Shown piece by piece: positions 18,701-28,442 of a stretch of 60,846 nt of DNA. Below the pieces are notes generated by a model. It saw nothing but the letters and a program-made list of their open reading frames with translations. It searched no databases and was not told where the DNA came from. The position numbers were made by a program, and so were the translations under genes. How positions within the stretch are numbered: position 1 is the stretch's first letter; each line of letters begins with the position of its first letter. The stretch is taken from the NCBI GenBank assembly GCA_900498215.1, contig LR026962.1, forward strand, positions 1,312,679 through 1,373,524, read 5' to 3'. The DNA is from an uncultured Paludibacter sp. GTDB lineage: Bacteria > Bacteroidota > Bacteroidia > Bacteroidales > Paludibacteraceae.

Positions 18701-21700
18701 ATTTTGTATTTGAACTGACATTACGCACACCAATCATAACATTTTCCACTTCCGAGATAGAAGGATTTCCAACCACCGTAACTTTATTGGTCGGTTTATC
18801 ATTATCATACACTTCAAACGGAATGGCATAACCTACGCCGGTAGTGCCTCCCTTGCGTTCTTTATTACGTTTTAATTTCGCATCGGTAAGTACGGTAAAT
18901 GGAAAATCGAACATATTTTCCGGAATCCAAACTTTTTCTCTATCGGCTAAATTACTTCCGGAGTATTGACCTTCAGGAGTTAATTTCAACGGAATTTCGT
19001 ATTCGTAATAATTGTTCTTCATATCGGAACCCAGACGAATGAAGCAAGTAAGTTCACCGTCTTTCAAATTTTGCGCTTGCGCCGCAGCATCCAACATAGC
19101 TTCAGCGTGAACAAACATTTGTAAACGTTTGTATTTGCGCATATCAAACATCGTATTTTTATATACGGCACGCGCATCTTTTGGAGCTAAATCCGTCACT
19201 TTCAACACCATAGATTGTTCGTTTTGCTGTAACAACTGCGGTTGGCTTGGATCTGTCTCACGAGTTATACCCGGAGGAAGCACATAATTTACAGGAGTTT
19301 TACGTCCGTTTTCTTCAATATTTACTGCCAATACATCCAATTTACCATTTGTAGAAGGATTATTTCCAACAGTATATAATTCTTTTGTATATGTTTTCCA
19401 TTCGCCCCGAACTAAATCGAGCGTACCTAAACGCAAATGTGTTTCTTTTTGAAATCCGGTTAAAAACATACGGATAAAACGAATGGATTTAAAATTGCGA
19501 ATACCGCCAACAGGATCATCGTATTCACGCACCGGAATTTTAAATTGATACCAAGCAATATCTACTTTTTGACCGTTCTTCAGCGTTACTGTAGATACTA
19601 ATTTATCCGTAATATGATTTTTCCCCACCACCATATCATTAGGGTGAATTGAAACTTTGTACTGATAATATTTTTCATATTCATTCAACGTGTTGTCTCC
19701 GTTAATATCTTCCACATCGGGTGTAAGCGTAGCTGTAGTTGAATAACTTTCCTTTGTGTCTTCTGTTGCAGGAGAATTTCCCTCGGTACCGTTATAATGT
19801 TTATATCTTTGAAGAATGGATGCTTGTTGTTCATCATAATCGGAGCCGCGATAAAAATGATACTTATCTCCTGACGGATCGTTTATAGGAGAAAACTGAT
19901 TGTTCTGCATAGCAGTAAGTGTGGCAGGACTTATTTTACCACGCACTTCATCTACATAATCTTTATAAGTAGGATATAAGAATTCTTCCTCGTTGGTAAG
20001 TCCATCTAAACCCACATCTTGCAGCTTTCTGTTTTCCGGAGTATTATCAAAAGCTTTTACGGTAGATTGTGTTGCAGGTACTTTTCCCCAAACTGTTTCT
20101 TCCACCTGCGTTTTATCTGTTCCCACAGGCATACCGTTTTCGAAGAATTTTTTGCCGTCTTTCAAAATATCTTCACTGATATCGCCTAGATTAAAATAAA
20201 GATCTCCTCCAACATCATCGGGGTTATCTTTATTAAACGGTTCCATCATCCAAAATTCGATATATTCGATATTCGCGTTTTCAAAATCAGTAGTTTCCAG
20301 TTTGCGCATAATACCTCCCCAACGTTTATCAGGATTTTGTAACGTTCCATCAGCATTCATCCCGGTTGCATCCAGATTATAAGGTCCGCGTTCACTGGGA
20401 TAATAGGACAAGTTAAGTATAGAAAGCAACGAAGAACGTGTGGGATCTAAATCTTTGTAAGGAAATAATTCAGTTTCACGCACGGCACGGGTTAAAAGAT
20501 TGGATTGTGATTCCACATTTCCTCGCAAATTAGAAGGAGTTTCGCGTCTGTCGCCATTTAAAATAGGATCAACAGAATACCAAGCTAACAAAGCGCGGTT
20601 TTTACCGTAATCAACATTGTTACTTAATTTAGATTCATCGAACAAAGCGGGAGTACTTGCCAAATACCATCCGTAGGGATAATGGATATCAATATTTGTT
20701 TTAGTGGATTCAAAATCATCCAAATAAGCCAATCCCTGATTACTTATAACGTTGGAATGTCCGGGAATTAATTGTGCAAATTCAGCATTTAACGCTATGC
20801 TTGAAGGCTGCGTAACATCTACAAACGGAATTTTATCGAGTGCATTTGTGAGCCATTGTGATTCTTTGCGCCAAGCTGTATTTAATCCCCAAATAGTATT
20901 TTTCAGCGGTTCACTTCCTGTATTCACTTTTTTTGTAAGCGGCATTTCAGAAAGATGCATAATGGTTCCGCCTAATGTGAAATTTTTACTGAATTCATAT
21001 TCAAGATGTGTTCCTACCAACGATTTGCGCTGCATACTGAACATAGATTGATTTTCCAGCTTTACATCAATATTGGTATTGGAGCTCAAAATACTTTGAT
21101 TAATGATGTTTACCGTTCCCATCGTGTAATCCACAGTGTAATCAACGCCTTCTTTCAAAACAGCTCCTCCTGCGGTTACCGTTACCGAACCGCGCGGCAC
21201 GTTCATTGCATTCAGGTAAATTTCTGAACCGTTTGAAGAACCTTTATATTTTCCTACCAAACGGAATTTATTTTTTTCGCTATACTCTTGAGCTACAACT
21301 AATGTAGAATCATATAATTCTTGATAAACATATTTAGAGGCAACTACATCGTTTCCAATTTTTTTGCGTAAATGTGAACCAAAGGGTTCCAAAACAGGAA
21401 AAATGACTCTTCCGGTGGATGATTGCGCTGTATAACCCTCAATATAATCAAATTTACCATCTGGATGCGCTGTTTTTTTCACATCCAAATTATCCAAATT
21501 CATTACCCGGAGCAACAATTGATTTGAGATTTCTCCTGCCTGAAGATATTGTAATTCCGTACCGACTGAGTCGTTTTGATACATTACGTTCATTTCAAAC
21601 GCTTCTTCCTGCATTTGCATAGCGCCAATGGAATATACGTTTTTCATCATCAAATCCCACGATTTGAGTTTCGGAGATTGCGTGGTAGATTTTAAAAGTT

Positions 21701-23219
21701 TTAATATCAAAGCGTTAGGGGCTTCAATTCCTTTATCGGTAGAAAATTCACCCACTTGATATGTTTTTCCTCCGTAAGTATATTCATACGCTACAGCCAA
21801 AACTTCATCGGGGTTTAACATAGAACGAAGAGAAATATATCCCAACGTATTATTTACAGTGTATTCAGAAGGGTCGAGACGACGTGCGCTTTCAATCTTT
21901 TCATAATCTTCGCCACCGCTCAAAGTAGGATAATTGGTAGACAAATAATCATTTGTTTGCTGAATATTTCTAATTCCATCTTCCGATTTTACTTTACCGT
22001 ATAAATTGTTTGCATCGTTTTGAGGTAAAGAAGCTCCAGCTGTTTTTTGCCAAACATCGGGTTTGTCAATACTGTCGGTTTCTGCCAAATCCATAAAAGC
22101 CACTACGTTTCGGGCTTCGTCAAAATTTCCACGTTTATTTGTAACCCATACTTCTACTCGATTAATAGTAATTCCGGAAGAAATGAGCGGAAGTTTGCTC
22201 ATTGCAGCTTCATAGTGGTCTCTAAAATAATGACTGAGGAAAAAATGACGGTTAGCATCGTATTGGTCGCAATTAACTTCAAACGAAGTAGTTTGCACTC
22301 CGCCTCGTGAACTTACGGTTTGTGTTTGCGATTCTTGTTGTGAAGCCAAGGCGGAAATTTTCAGTTTTCCAAATTGCAAGTCGGTTTTTATACCAAAAAG
22401 CGCCGTACTTCCCGTAATCAGAGCACTGTTCAATTGCATACTTACGTTTCCCGCCTCAATATTCTGGATAATATCGTCTTCTTTGCCTTTATAATTGAGT
22501 TTAATCATTTTTTGGTCAAAATCAAACGAAGCTTCGGTATTGTAATTCATCCCGAAATTGACTTTATCGCCTACTTTTCCTGTTACGTTGAGTTGAATTT
22601 TTTGGTCGAAATTAGGAATATTGGAGCGGCGTGCACGTTCCGTTAACGCGGGATTATTAATAAAATTGGATTTAAAGCCGAAAAGAAGTTCCGCCTGACC
22701 GCTTGTTTTCAATTGAACACCGCCGGGACCAAAAATTTTATCGGCAGGTCCAAGACTGAATTTCATATCTGTGAGCGAGAATTTATCTTCGTTATTTTTT
22801 TTATCGTTTGAGTTTAATTCTCTCCAATAGCGGTTTATTTCCTCCTGTTCCGAATATTTACGGTATTCTTCGGGAGTCATTGTGTAAGGCGTGCTTACTT
22901 CGGTATCTCCTACTTTGGTGCGAAGAATGTAATTTCCTGTTTTTACATCGTATTCTATAACGGTTTTTACATTTTCCGGATCTTTTAAGTCCATTGGATA
23001 TTGTTTATCCAAATCTTCGTAAGTTGTTGTGGTTTTATTATCGACAGGGAAACGAGTTGTAGAATCTTTTTCTGCGGCAACGGTTTTATCTTGAGGAGCA
23101 GGCATTTCATGTATTTCTGTGGTTTCCATATGCTGCCCGGAACGCACAAAGCCATAGGCAGTACTTGCTGCTACGCTCAAAGCCGCTAAAACAGGTATGA
23201 TTCTATTTTTTAAACTCAT
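15756..23219 (-). CDS. sprA: Type IX secretion system translocon / gliding motility protein SprA
   Basis: 2487 aa with a signal peptide, a giant beta-barrel-type composition and a C-terminal aromatic-rich end. The size and the ruvA-sprA adjacency are characteristic of Bacteroidota SprA. Confidence 0.9.
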   Translation of the reverse strand: MSLKNRIIPVLAALSVAASTAYGFVRSGQHMETTEIHEMPAPQDKTVAAEKDSTTRFPVDNKTTTTYEDLDKQYPMDLKDPENVKTVIEYDVKTGNYILRTKVGDTEVSTPYTMTPEEYRKYSEQEEINRYWRELNSNDKKNNEDKFSLTDMKFSLGPADKIFGPGGVQLKTSGQAELLFGFKSNFINNPALTERARRSNIPNFDQKIQLNVTGKVGDKVNFGMNYNTEASFDFDQKMIKLNYKGKEDDIIQNIEAGNVSMQLNSALITGSTALFGIKTDLQFGKLKISALASQQESQTQTVSSRGGVQTTSFEVNCDQYDANRHFFLSHYFRDHYEAAMSKLPLISSGITINRVEVWVTNKRGNFDEARNVVAFMDLAETDSIDKPDVWQKTAGASLPQNDANNLYGKVKSEDGIRNIQQTNDYLSTNYPTLSGGEDYEKIESARRLDPSEYTVNNTLGYISLRSMLNPDEVLAVAYEYTYGGKTYQVGEFSTDKGIEAPNALILKLLKSTTQSPKLKSWDLMMKNVYSIGAMQMQEEAFEMNVMYQNDSVGTELQYLQAGEISNQLLLRVMNLDNLDVKKTAHPDGKFDYIEGYTAQSSTGRVIFPVLEPFGSHLRKKIGNDVVASKYVYQELYDSTLVVAQEYSEKNKFRLVGKYKGSSNGSEIYLNAMNVPRGSVTVTAGGAVLKEGVDYTVDYTMGTVNIINQSILSSNTNIDVKLENQSMFSMQRKSLVGTHLEYEFSKNFTLGGTIMHLSEMPLTKKVNTGSEPLKNTIWGLNTAWRKESQWLTNALDKIPFVDVTQPSSIALNAEFAQLIPGHSNVISNQGLAYLDDFESTKTNIDIHYPYGWYLASTPALFDESKLSNNVDYGKNRALLAWYSVDPILNGDRRETPSNLRGNVESQSNLLTRAVRETELFPYKDLDPTRSSLLSILNLSYYPSERGPYNLDATGMNADGTLQNPDKRWGGIMRKLETTDFENANIEYIEFWMMEPFNKDNPDDVGGDLYFNLGDISEDILKDGKKFFENGMPVGTDKTQVEETVWGKVPATQSTVKAFDNTPENRKLQDVGLDGLTNEEEFLYPTYKDYVDEVRGKISPATLTAMQNNQFSPINDPSGDKYHFYRGSDYDEQQASILQRYKHYNGTEGNSPATEDTKESYSTTATLTPDVEDINGDNTLNEYEKYYQYKVSIHPNDMVVGKNHITDKLVSTVTLKNGQKVDIAWYQFKIPVREYDDPVGGIRNFKSIRFIRMFLTGFQKETHLRLGTLDLVRGEWKTYTKELYTVGNNPSTNGKLDVLAVNIEENGRKTPVNYVLPPGITRETDPSQPQLLQQNEQSMVLKVTDLAPKDARAVYKNTMFDMRKYKRLQMFVHAEAMLDAAAQAQNLKDGELTCFIRLGSDMKNNYYEYEIPLKLTPEGQYSGSNLADREKVWIPENMFDFPFTVLTDAKLKRNKERKGGTTGVGYAIPFEVYDNDKPTNKVTVVGNPSISEVENVMIGVRNVSSNTKSGEIWVNELRMSEFDEDGGWAALANLNVGLSDLGSVNVSGRMETSGFGNIESNIMDRRLDDFYQANLAAALDLGRFLPEKAKLQIPAYYAYTTETNSPKYNPLDEDIILKDALDNLDTESEKDSLRNLTQIVRTVESFNVANAKINIKSKKPQFYDPANITLSYSSNVTKEHTPEIEQNLTKVQRLGLNYAYSFNSQPWEPFKNVKAIGKSLKIIKDFNVYFLPTSLSYSTNLNRAFTKTKLRNFTLDGVASSPSEGLDTIGLSFSKDFTWNRQFDIQWNLTRGLRFGLTTVMNANIEESYYTPEIGEEYYTTWKNKVWESIKKMGTPYTYQQVFNASYEVPINKLPLLDWITANATYNSTYSWNRSAVLDNMPDVGNIASSMGNWSFDGNLNFETFYNKVKYLKDVNSRAQSASQPKRNFTPKKYSQTVNFEQNKTITINHQLGSRKFSITAKDKNGNTVAVPYKVKDDRSIEITPTANIEGVSINMTSRDPNERNAGQSITDFTTRFLMGLRRVSVTYRGTSSLVVPGFLNQPGLLGQQKVNGLFSPGLLFAFGWHDDNTLQQFIDKDWVYMGTDVVNPANEAKTSDLNIRVSIEPVPGLKIDLTAQRQTADNKVIQYMYEGMPTTFNGNFNITQIAIATAFDKIGTADENYYSRTFNKFLENRKIILSRLQNQMKDRHYPTTGFFAQGESGHSYAGTTYDETNGAFNENSPEVLIPAFLSAYTGRDPLTVTTNPFLSLLQMLPNWNINYNGLSNLEFFRDKFRSVSLTHAYTNRYTIGNYTSFSTWVPLNDDSNSQFGFIRDVQSDMPIPAMAYDISSVSMSESFSPLLGVNIAMKNNITTKVEYRKQRNLSLNLTSTQLIEADADEFVVGVGYIVNDFKLFLRSGSRKSSVKNDLKLNADVSYKDVKTLLRKVSENITQASSGNKLISIKCMADYVFSSKVNLQLYFDRQSTVPLISSTFPVSSTNFGISFKFMLTR

Positions 23220-23328
23220 ATATTATTGTCATCATTGATTATTTGGAAATATAAACAATGATATGGTTAGGTTCTTGAATGAAAGTTTTGTTTTTTATTC
23301 GTGAAAATTACGTTTTAATACTATTCCC

Positions 23329-23922
23329 TTAAAGCATTTTCAATGCTGCTTTAATCACTTGCTCCACTTTTAATTCCGGTTCTTCTTTCAAAATTTTGTC
23401 CACCACTTTTTGCGACGCTACTTGTGAATAACCAAGCATAACCAATGCTGCAAGTGTTTCTTCTCGTACGCTGTTTGATTCAAAAGACAATTTAGATGTG
23501 GCGTCCGCACTTATTCCTCCTATTTTCAAGATTTTGTCTTTCAAATCTACGATTATCCTTTGAGCAGTTTTTGCTCCGATACCTTTAATATTATTTAATG
23601 CTGCTACATTTCCCGCAGCAATCATATCCTGAATTTCTTTCACAGAATAAGACGACATTATTACTCGCGCTGTATTGGCGCCAACTCCCGATACGGAAAT
23701 AAGCAGAAGAAACAAATGACGTTCTTCCTGACTTAAAAATCCGAAAAGTACGTGAGCATCTTCGCGAATTGCTTCGTAAACAAATAGTTTTACCGATTTT
23801 TCTTGTGACAGCGCCGTGTAAACAGTCAATGGAATATTAATAAAATATCCGACTCCGTTATTTTCCACCACAACATTTGCAGGAGTAAGTTCTGTAATTT
23901 CTCCCTTTATATAATCTATCAT
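23329..23922 (-). CDS. ruvA: Holliday junction branch migration complex subunit RuvA
   Basis: 197 aa. MIDYIKGEI...VVENNGVGY, two HhH motifs (SGVGANTA, IKGIGAKTAQRI) and C-terminal domain III. Confidence 0.95.
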   Translation of the reverse strand: MIDYIKGEITELTPANVVVENNGVGYFINIPLTVYTALSQEKSVKLFVYEAIREDAHVLFGFLSQEERHLFLLLISVSGVGANTARVIMSSYSVKEIQDMIAAGNVAALNNIKGIGAKTAQRIIVDLKDKILKIGGISADATSKLSFESNSVREETLAALVMLGYSQVASQKVVDKILKEEPELKVEQVIKAALKML

Positions 23923-23964
23923 TAATTCTGCAAATAAAATGTATAATTAATACAATATAAACTG

Positions 23965-23972
23965 CAAATATA
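23965..23972 (-). promoter_or_regulatory. Candidate -7 box TATATTTG for ruvA(-sprA)
   Basis: CAAATATA on the plus strand, 43 nt upstream of the ruvA ATG. Confidence 0.35.
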
Positions 23973-24191
23973 CTTTAAGTTTATGAGTTTTCAAAAAAAC
24001 AAAATTTCTTAAAAAACATACTTTGAAAAATAACGAAAGAATAAGATTATTAGTACAATGTAAGTGTTAAAAAGGGAGACAAGATATCTTTTTTTGTTGT
24101 TTAAATTTGTCAAATAATGATTCAAAATTGTGAGATCCTTTTTCTGATAGAAACCCCTTTTTCATCAATTTTTCATAAACAAAGCTCCTTT

Positions 24192-24199
24192 TACATTTG
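24192..24199 (+). promoter_or_regulatory. Candidate -7 box TACATTTG for the DUF937-like gene
   Basis: Matches TAnnTTTG, 62 nt upstream of the ATG at 24261. An alternative box TAAATTTG lies at 24102-24109. Confidence 0.3.
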
Positions 24200-24260
24200 T
24201 TTTATATAAGTAAATAAAAAATTGTGCATCAACTGTATATAAATTAATATTGAAAAAATT

Positions 24261-25094
24261 ATGTCAGTAAATTTAATTGAAATTTTAAAAAATGCCGTTA
24301 GTGATAAGACCATTGAAACTATCGGTAAAGAAGTAGGTTTAGAACCTGCTGCTGTAAAATCAGGGGTCAGCGCCATTGTTCCTACTTTATTGGCAGGAAT
24401 TTTAGGCAAAAATACAGCGACCAGTGCAGCTCCATCTTGGATGGATTCACTTACAGGACTTATGGGAAACAAACAAGATGAAGCGGATTTGGAAGGTATG
24501 AACCTTACCGATATGCTTGGGAAAGGTAAAGATTTACTGGGAAATCTTTTTGGAAATAAAACGGAAGAGGTTTCAAGCGCCATAGCTCAAACTGCCGGAA
24601 TGCAAAAAGAAAAAGCCGAAAAACTTTTATCTATGTTAACTCCTTTGGTTTTAGGATATTTAGCCAAATGGATGAAAAGTAAAAACTGGACCTTTGGTAA
24701 TTTGGTTACTAATTTACTTGAAAACAAATCAAATCTTGTTGCAGCTTTGCCTACAGGACTTTCCGCAGCACATTTCTTTAATACAGACATTCCTAAAGCA
24801 GATGTGGAAACTCCAAAAATAAACGTAGAAGCTCCAAAAGTAACCGTAACGGAATCAAAAGTTACTCCTCCTATGGTTGAACCGCCAAAATCAAATAATA
24901 ACTGGCTAAAATGGTTATTATGGTTATTATTACTTGGATTGATTCTTTGGATAATTCTCAGCCGAGGATGCAAAAGCTGCCAAAGAGAAAGTGTTGTTCC
25001 AACCGATTCTATAAATGTGGTCGATTCTATGAAAGCTCAAACTGACACGGTTGTACATTTTATAAAAGAAGACTCGAACAAATCCGACAATTAA
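24261..25094 (+). CDS. DUF937-like protein with a C-terminal TM anchor (apparently truncated relative to DUF937-OmpA fusions)
   Basis: 277 aa. The N-terminus NLIEILKNAVSDKTIETIGKEVGLEPAAVKSGVSAIVPTLLAGILGK and a second similar repeat are typical of DUF937. A hydrophobic WLKWLLWLLLLGLILWIIL segment lies near the C-terminus. Confidence 0.65.
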   Translation: MSVNLIEILKNAVSDKTIETIGKEVGLEPAAVKSGVSAIVPTLLAGILGKNTATSAAPSWMDSLTGLMGNKQDEADLEGMNLTDMLGKGKDLLGNLFGNKTEEVSSAIAQTAGMQKEKAEKLLSMLTPLVLGYLAKWMKSKNWTFGNLVTNLLENKSNLVAALPTGLSAAHFFNTDIPKADVETPKINVEAPKVTVTESKVTPPMVEPPKSNNNWLKWLLWLLLLGLILWIILSRGCKSCQRESVVPTDSINVVDSMKAQTDTVVHFIKEDSNKSDN

Positions 25095-25154
25095 GTTTAT
25101 GATTTAAAACATCAAAGGAAAACTTGCTGAAAGAGTTGAATAAATGTTAGATAA

Positions 25155-25335
25155 AATTCCGCAGAAAATCGTTTGGGCAATTTTATTGAAGATAAAAATA
25201 AATCTGTGGATAAAACCACGCGGTTTTCTTTAGACCACCTTTATTTTAAAAGCGGAAAAAACTACGCTAAAATCGGAATCGCAAGAGAAACTGAAAAACA
25301 TAATTAATGAAAAAGGTTTTCAATTTAAACGTTGA
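25155..25335 (+). pseudogene. Frameshifted remnant of the linker that precedes an OmpA-like domain in related proteins
   Basis: One frame reads NSAENRLGNFIEDKNKSVDKTTRFSLDHLYFKSGK. After the A-run at 25255-25260, the +1 frame continues TTLKSESQEKLKNIINEKGFQFKR*. Together these resemble the ...FI.D..K.VDKTTWF.FD.L.F..G.A.L..ES..QL.NI... segment found upstream of OmpA domains. There is no start codon and no OmpA domain follows. Confidence 0.45.
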
Positions 25336-25352
25336 AAACCTTTTTGCTTTTT
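25311..25352 (+). terminator. Rho-independent terminator
   Basis: AAAGGTTTTCAA / TTGAAAACCTTT 12-bp stem followed by TTGCTTTTT. Confidence 0.6.
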
Positions 25353-25477
25353 AGTAAAATTGATGAATAATTTTGCTATATGTAAATCATTCACAAAACA
25401 TAAAAATAAAATCCACAAAAATTATCACTTTTCTCACATTTTTTCTTTACTTTGCATCACCACTTTACATATAAAAA

Positions 25478-26509
25478 TTGAAAACTATGAAAATCGGAAT
25501 TCTTTCGTCGGGAGGAGATTGTCCCGGAATAAACGCCACCATACGTGGCGTAGGTAAAACAGCCATCAACAAATACGGTATCGAGGTTATCGGTATCCTG
25601 AATGGATTTTCAGGATTGCTGTACAAAGATGTAATGCCGCTTACAGAATCTTCTCTTTCGGGCATTCTCACAATGGGAGGAACCATTCTTGGTACTGCGC
25701 GTGAGAAAGAATTCCGCAAAATTCTAAAATCGCCCGATAAAAATGATCAGGAACAAATTAAAACCGCTTATAAAGAACTCGGTTTGGATTGTCTTGTTTG
25801 CATTGGTGGAAACGGCACACAAAAAACAGCGTGGCAACTTTCGGAATTAGGATTAAACGTGGTTGGTATTCCAAAAACCATTGATAACGATGTATACGGA
25901 ACGGATATTACTTTTGGTTTTCAAACAGCGGTAGATATTGCCACTGATGCTATTGATCGTTTGCATTCTACGGCAAGTTCTCATCAACGCGTGATGGTGA
26001 TAGAATTAATGGGACATAAAGCGGGCTGGATTACACTGCACGCAGGAATGGCAGGCGGCGCCGATATTATTTTACTTCCTGAATTAGGTTACGATATGAA
26101 TACTGTAGCTTTCGCTTTGAACAAACGCAAAAAAAGCGGAAAACCTTATTCTATTGTGGCTGTGGCTGAAGGAATTGAAATTCAAGGTGGTACGGAACAT
26201 CATCCTGCCACGTATTTTGCTCGCAAAATTGAAGAACTCACGGGAATTGAAGCACGCGAAACAGTGTTGGGATATATTCAACGGGGAGGTTCACCTTCTG
26301 CTTACGACCGTAATTTGGGAACACTTCTCGGAGGTCACGCCGCAAAACTCATCAACAGTAAAAAATTTGGAAGAATGGTTTCGGTAAAAGGAATCAATGA
26401 AATATCCGATGTTCCTTTATCGGAAGTGGCAGGAAAACTCCGGTTGGTAACTCCTGATGATCCCTTAGTAAAACAAGGTCAACGAATGGGAATTTCATTT
26501 GGCATCTGA
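25478..26509 (+). CDS. pfkA: 6-phosphofructokinase (phosphoryl-donor class not resolved)
   Basis: 343 aa; an alternative start MKIGIL lies at 25487. Motifs are GGDCPGINA, IGGNGT, PKTIDNDV and MGHKAGW. The Gly in GGNG is ATP-type, while the Lys in PKTIDND is usually seen in PPi-type enzymes. Confidence 0.9.
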   Translation: MKTMKIGILSSGGDCPGINATIRGVGKTAINKYGIEVIGILNGFSGLLYKDVMPLTESSLSGILTMGGTILGTAREKEFRKILKSPDKNDQEQIKTAYKELGLDCLVCIGGNGTQKTAWQLSELGLNVVGIPKTIDNDVYGTDITFGFQTAVDIATDAIDRLHSTASSHQRVMVIELMGHKAGWITLHAGMAGGADIILLPELGYDMNTVAFALNKRKKSGKPYSIVAVAEGIEIQGGTEHHPATYFARKIEELTGIEARETVLGYIQRGGSPSAYDRNLGTLLGGHAAKLINSKKFGRMVSVKGINEISDVPLSEVAGKLRLVTPDDPLVKQGQRMGISFGI

Positions 26510-26531
26510 ATTGAACTATAAAACATTTTAC

Positions 26532-26575
26532 AAACAGAGGACGTTACATACAAAAACGTCCTCTGTTTCTTTTTA
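26532..26575 (+). terminator. Rho-independent terminator after pfk
   Basis: 13-bp stem AAACAGAGGACGT / ACGTCCTCTGTTT followed by CTTTTT. Confidence 0.7.
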
Positions 26576-26613
26576 GAGGTATATTTTCAAGTATAAAACA
26601 TAAAACAATAGTA

Positions 26614-28293
26614 ATGAAAATAAAAAAACACATTCTTTTTGTCTCGATATTCCTTTTTTACTCTCTTGAACTCTATTCTCAAAATTTTATTAGTCCGTTA
26701 AATATTCCTCCACTGTTAAGCGCTAATTTTGGCGATTTACGCAACAATCATTTTCACTCAGGATTGGATTTTAAAACACAAACAGTAGTAAACAAACCTG
26801 TTTTTGCTGTCGCTGACGGTTATATTTCGCGTATTAATATTTCATCCGGCGGCTACGGATTAGCATTGTATATCGACCATCCAAACGGTTATACCACTGT
26901 TTACGGACATTTGAACAGCTTTTCTAAAAAAATTGCCGATTACGCAAAACAAAAACAATATGAAAATGAAAGTTTTGCCATCGACATACAATTACCACCG
27001 AATGAAATCCCCGTAAAAAGAGGTGAACAAATTGCGTTGAGCGGAAATACAGGAGGTTCGGGCGGTCCGCATTTACATTTTGAAGTACGCGACACCAAAA
27101 CTGAGGAACCGATAGATGGAATGAACTTTATAGGAAAAATATTAACTGACACACAAGCTCCAGAGATACGTGGAATTGCGTTTTATCCTATTCAAGGAAA
27201 AAGTGTGATAAACAACGGTAGTATCCCTATTTATACTCGAATTCCCGAAAAATCAAAAACGAAAAAAATCATTACCGCCTGGGGAAAAATAGGCGTTGGA
27301 GTGAAAGCTTTTGACAGAATGAACGGGACTACAAATACGTACGGAGTGAAATATATTCGGTTATTTGTAGATGGAAGAAAAATATTTAGCAGTACAATAA
27401 ATCAATTTTCTTTCGATAAAACCCGTATGATAAACTCCTTTATTGATTTTGAAGAATGGCGAAGAAATAAATCTTTTTATATGAAATCCTTTGTTGAACA
27501 AGGAAATGCACTCACTGTTTATGACAACATAAATAACGGATACATTAATATAAATGAAGAACGTAATTATCAACTGCGTTACGAGTTGGAAGATCATTAT
27601 GGGAATAAAACCACGCATTCTTTTAGTATAAAAGGTCAAAAAACAACTGTTCCCACCCAAACTAACTGCGAAAATTATATGTCGCCTGTGGTGAATAACG
27701 GATTTTATTCGGCAGATTTCACATTAAATATCCCGATAGGAAATCTTTATACAGACATTTGCTATACGCATAACAAAATACAATCTCAAAAATATTATTC
27801 CGATATTCATCAAGTAAACAATAAACCAATACCGCTAAATAAGAATGGAAAAATCTGGATAAAACTGAAAAAAGATATTGGAGGAAACATTTCTCAAATG
27901 GGAATTATTTCAATTGATAAAAACGGAAAAGAAGAATGGAAAGGCGGAACATATAAGGACGGCGGCTTTGAAACCTCCATCAATGAATTAGGCGGACGCT
28001 ATGCAATTGATATTGATACAATTAATCCAATCGTTGCACCTCAAAGTTCTTCGCTGTGGATACAAAAAAAACGAATTATTATTCAAGTTACGGATGATAA
28101 AAGCGGAATTACCTTTTACAGAGGAGAAATTGACGGAAAATACGCACTTTTTACTCATGATGTAAAATCAAAATTATATTTTTATGAGTTTGATGACGAA
28201 AGATTGATGAAAGGACAAAAACACACATTAAGTTTTACGGCTATGGATGCTGCAGGGAATCAGTCTGTTTATAAAAATGAGTTTTTATATTGA
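26614..28293 (+). CDS. M23-family metallopeptidase (LytM-type) with a long C-terminal extension
   Basis: 559 aa with a signal peptide. Contains HFHSGLDF (HxxxD), GHLNSF and GGPHLHFEV (HxH). Confidence 0.88.
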   Translation: MKIKKHILFVSIFLFYSLELYSQNFISPLNIPPLLSANFGDLRNNHFHSGLDFKTQTVVNKPVFAVADGYISRINISSGGYGLALYIDHPNGYTTVYGHLNSFSKKIADYAKQKQYENESFAIDIQLPPNEIPVKRGEQIALSGNTGGSGGPHLHFEVRDTKTEEPIDGMNFIGKILTDTQAPEIRGIAFYPIQGKSVINNGSIPIYTRIPEKSKTKKIITAWGKIGVGVKAFDRMNGTTNTYGVKYIRLFVDGRKIFSSTINQFSFDKTRMINSFIDFEEWRRNKSFYMKSFVEQGNALTVYDNINNGYININEERNYQLRYELEDHYGNKTTHSFSIKGQKTTVPTQTNCENYMSPVVNNGFYSADFTLNIPIGNLYTDICYTHNKIQSQKYYSDIHQVNNKPIPLNKNGKIWIKLKKDIGGNISQMGIISIDKNGKEEWKGGTYKDGGFETSINELGGRYAIDIDTINPIVAPQSSSLWIQKKRIIIQVTDDKSGITFYRGEIDGKYALFTHDVKSKLYFYEFDDERLMKGQKHTLSFTAMDAAGNQSVYKNEFLY

Positions 28294-28372
28294 CGAATTA
28301 AGACTTTATAAAAAAACACAAAGAGTTAGATAGTTAATTCAAAATCAACATCTTATATTATTTAGAAATTAG

Positions 28373-28412
28373 AACGGTTTCAACTTTAATCAATTGAAAC
28401 CGTTTTTAATTA
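28373..28412. terminator. Bidirectional terminator between convergent genes
   Basis: AACGGTTTCAA / TTGAAACCGTT 11-bp stem, followed by TTTAATTATTTTTT. Confidence 0.6.
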
Positions 28413-28442
28413 TTTTTTATTCAATTTTATTTGACGCGCAAA

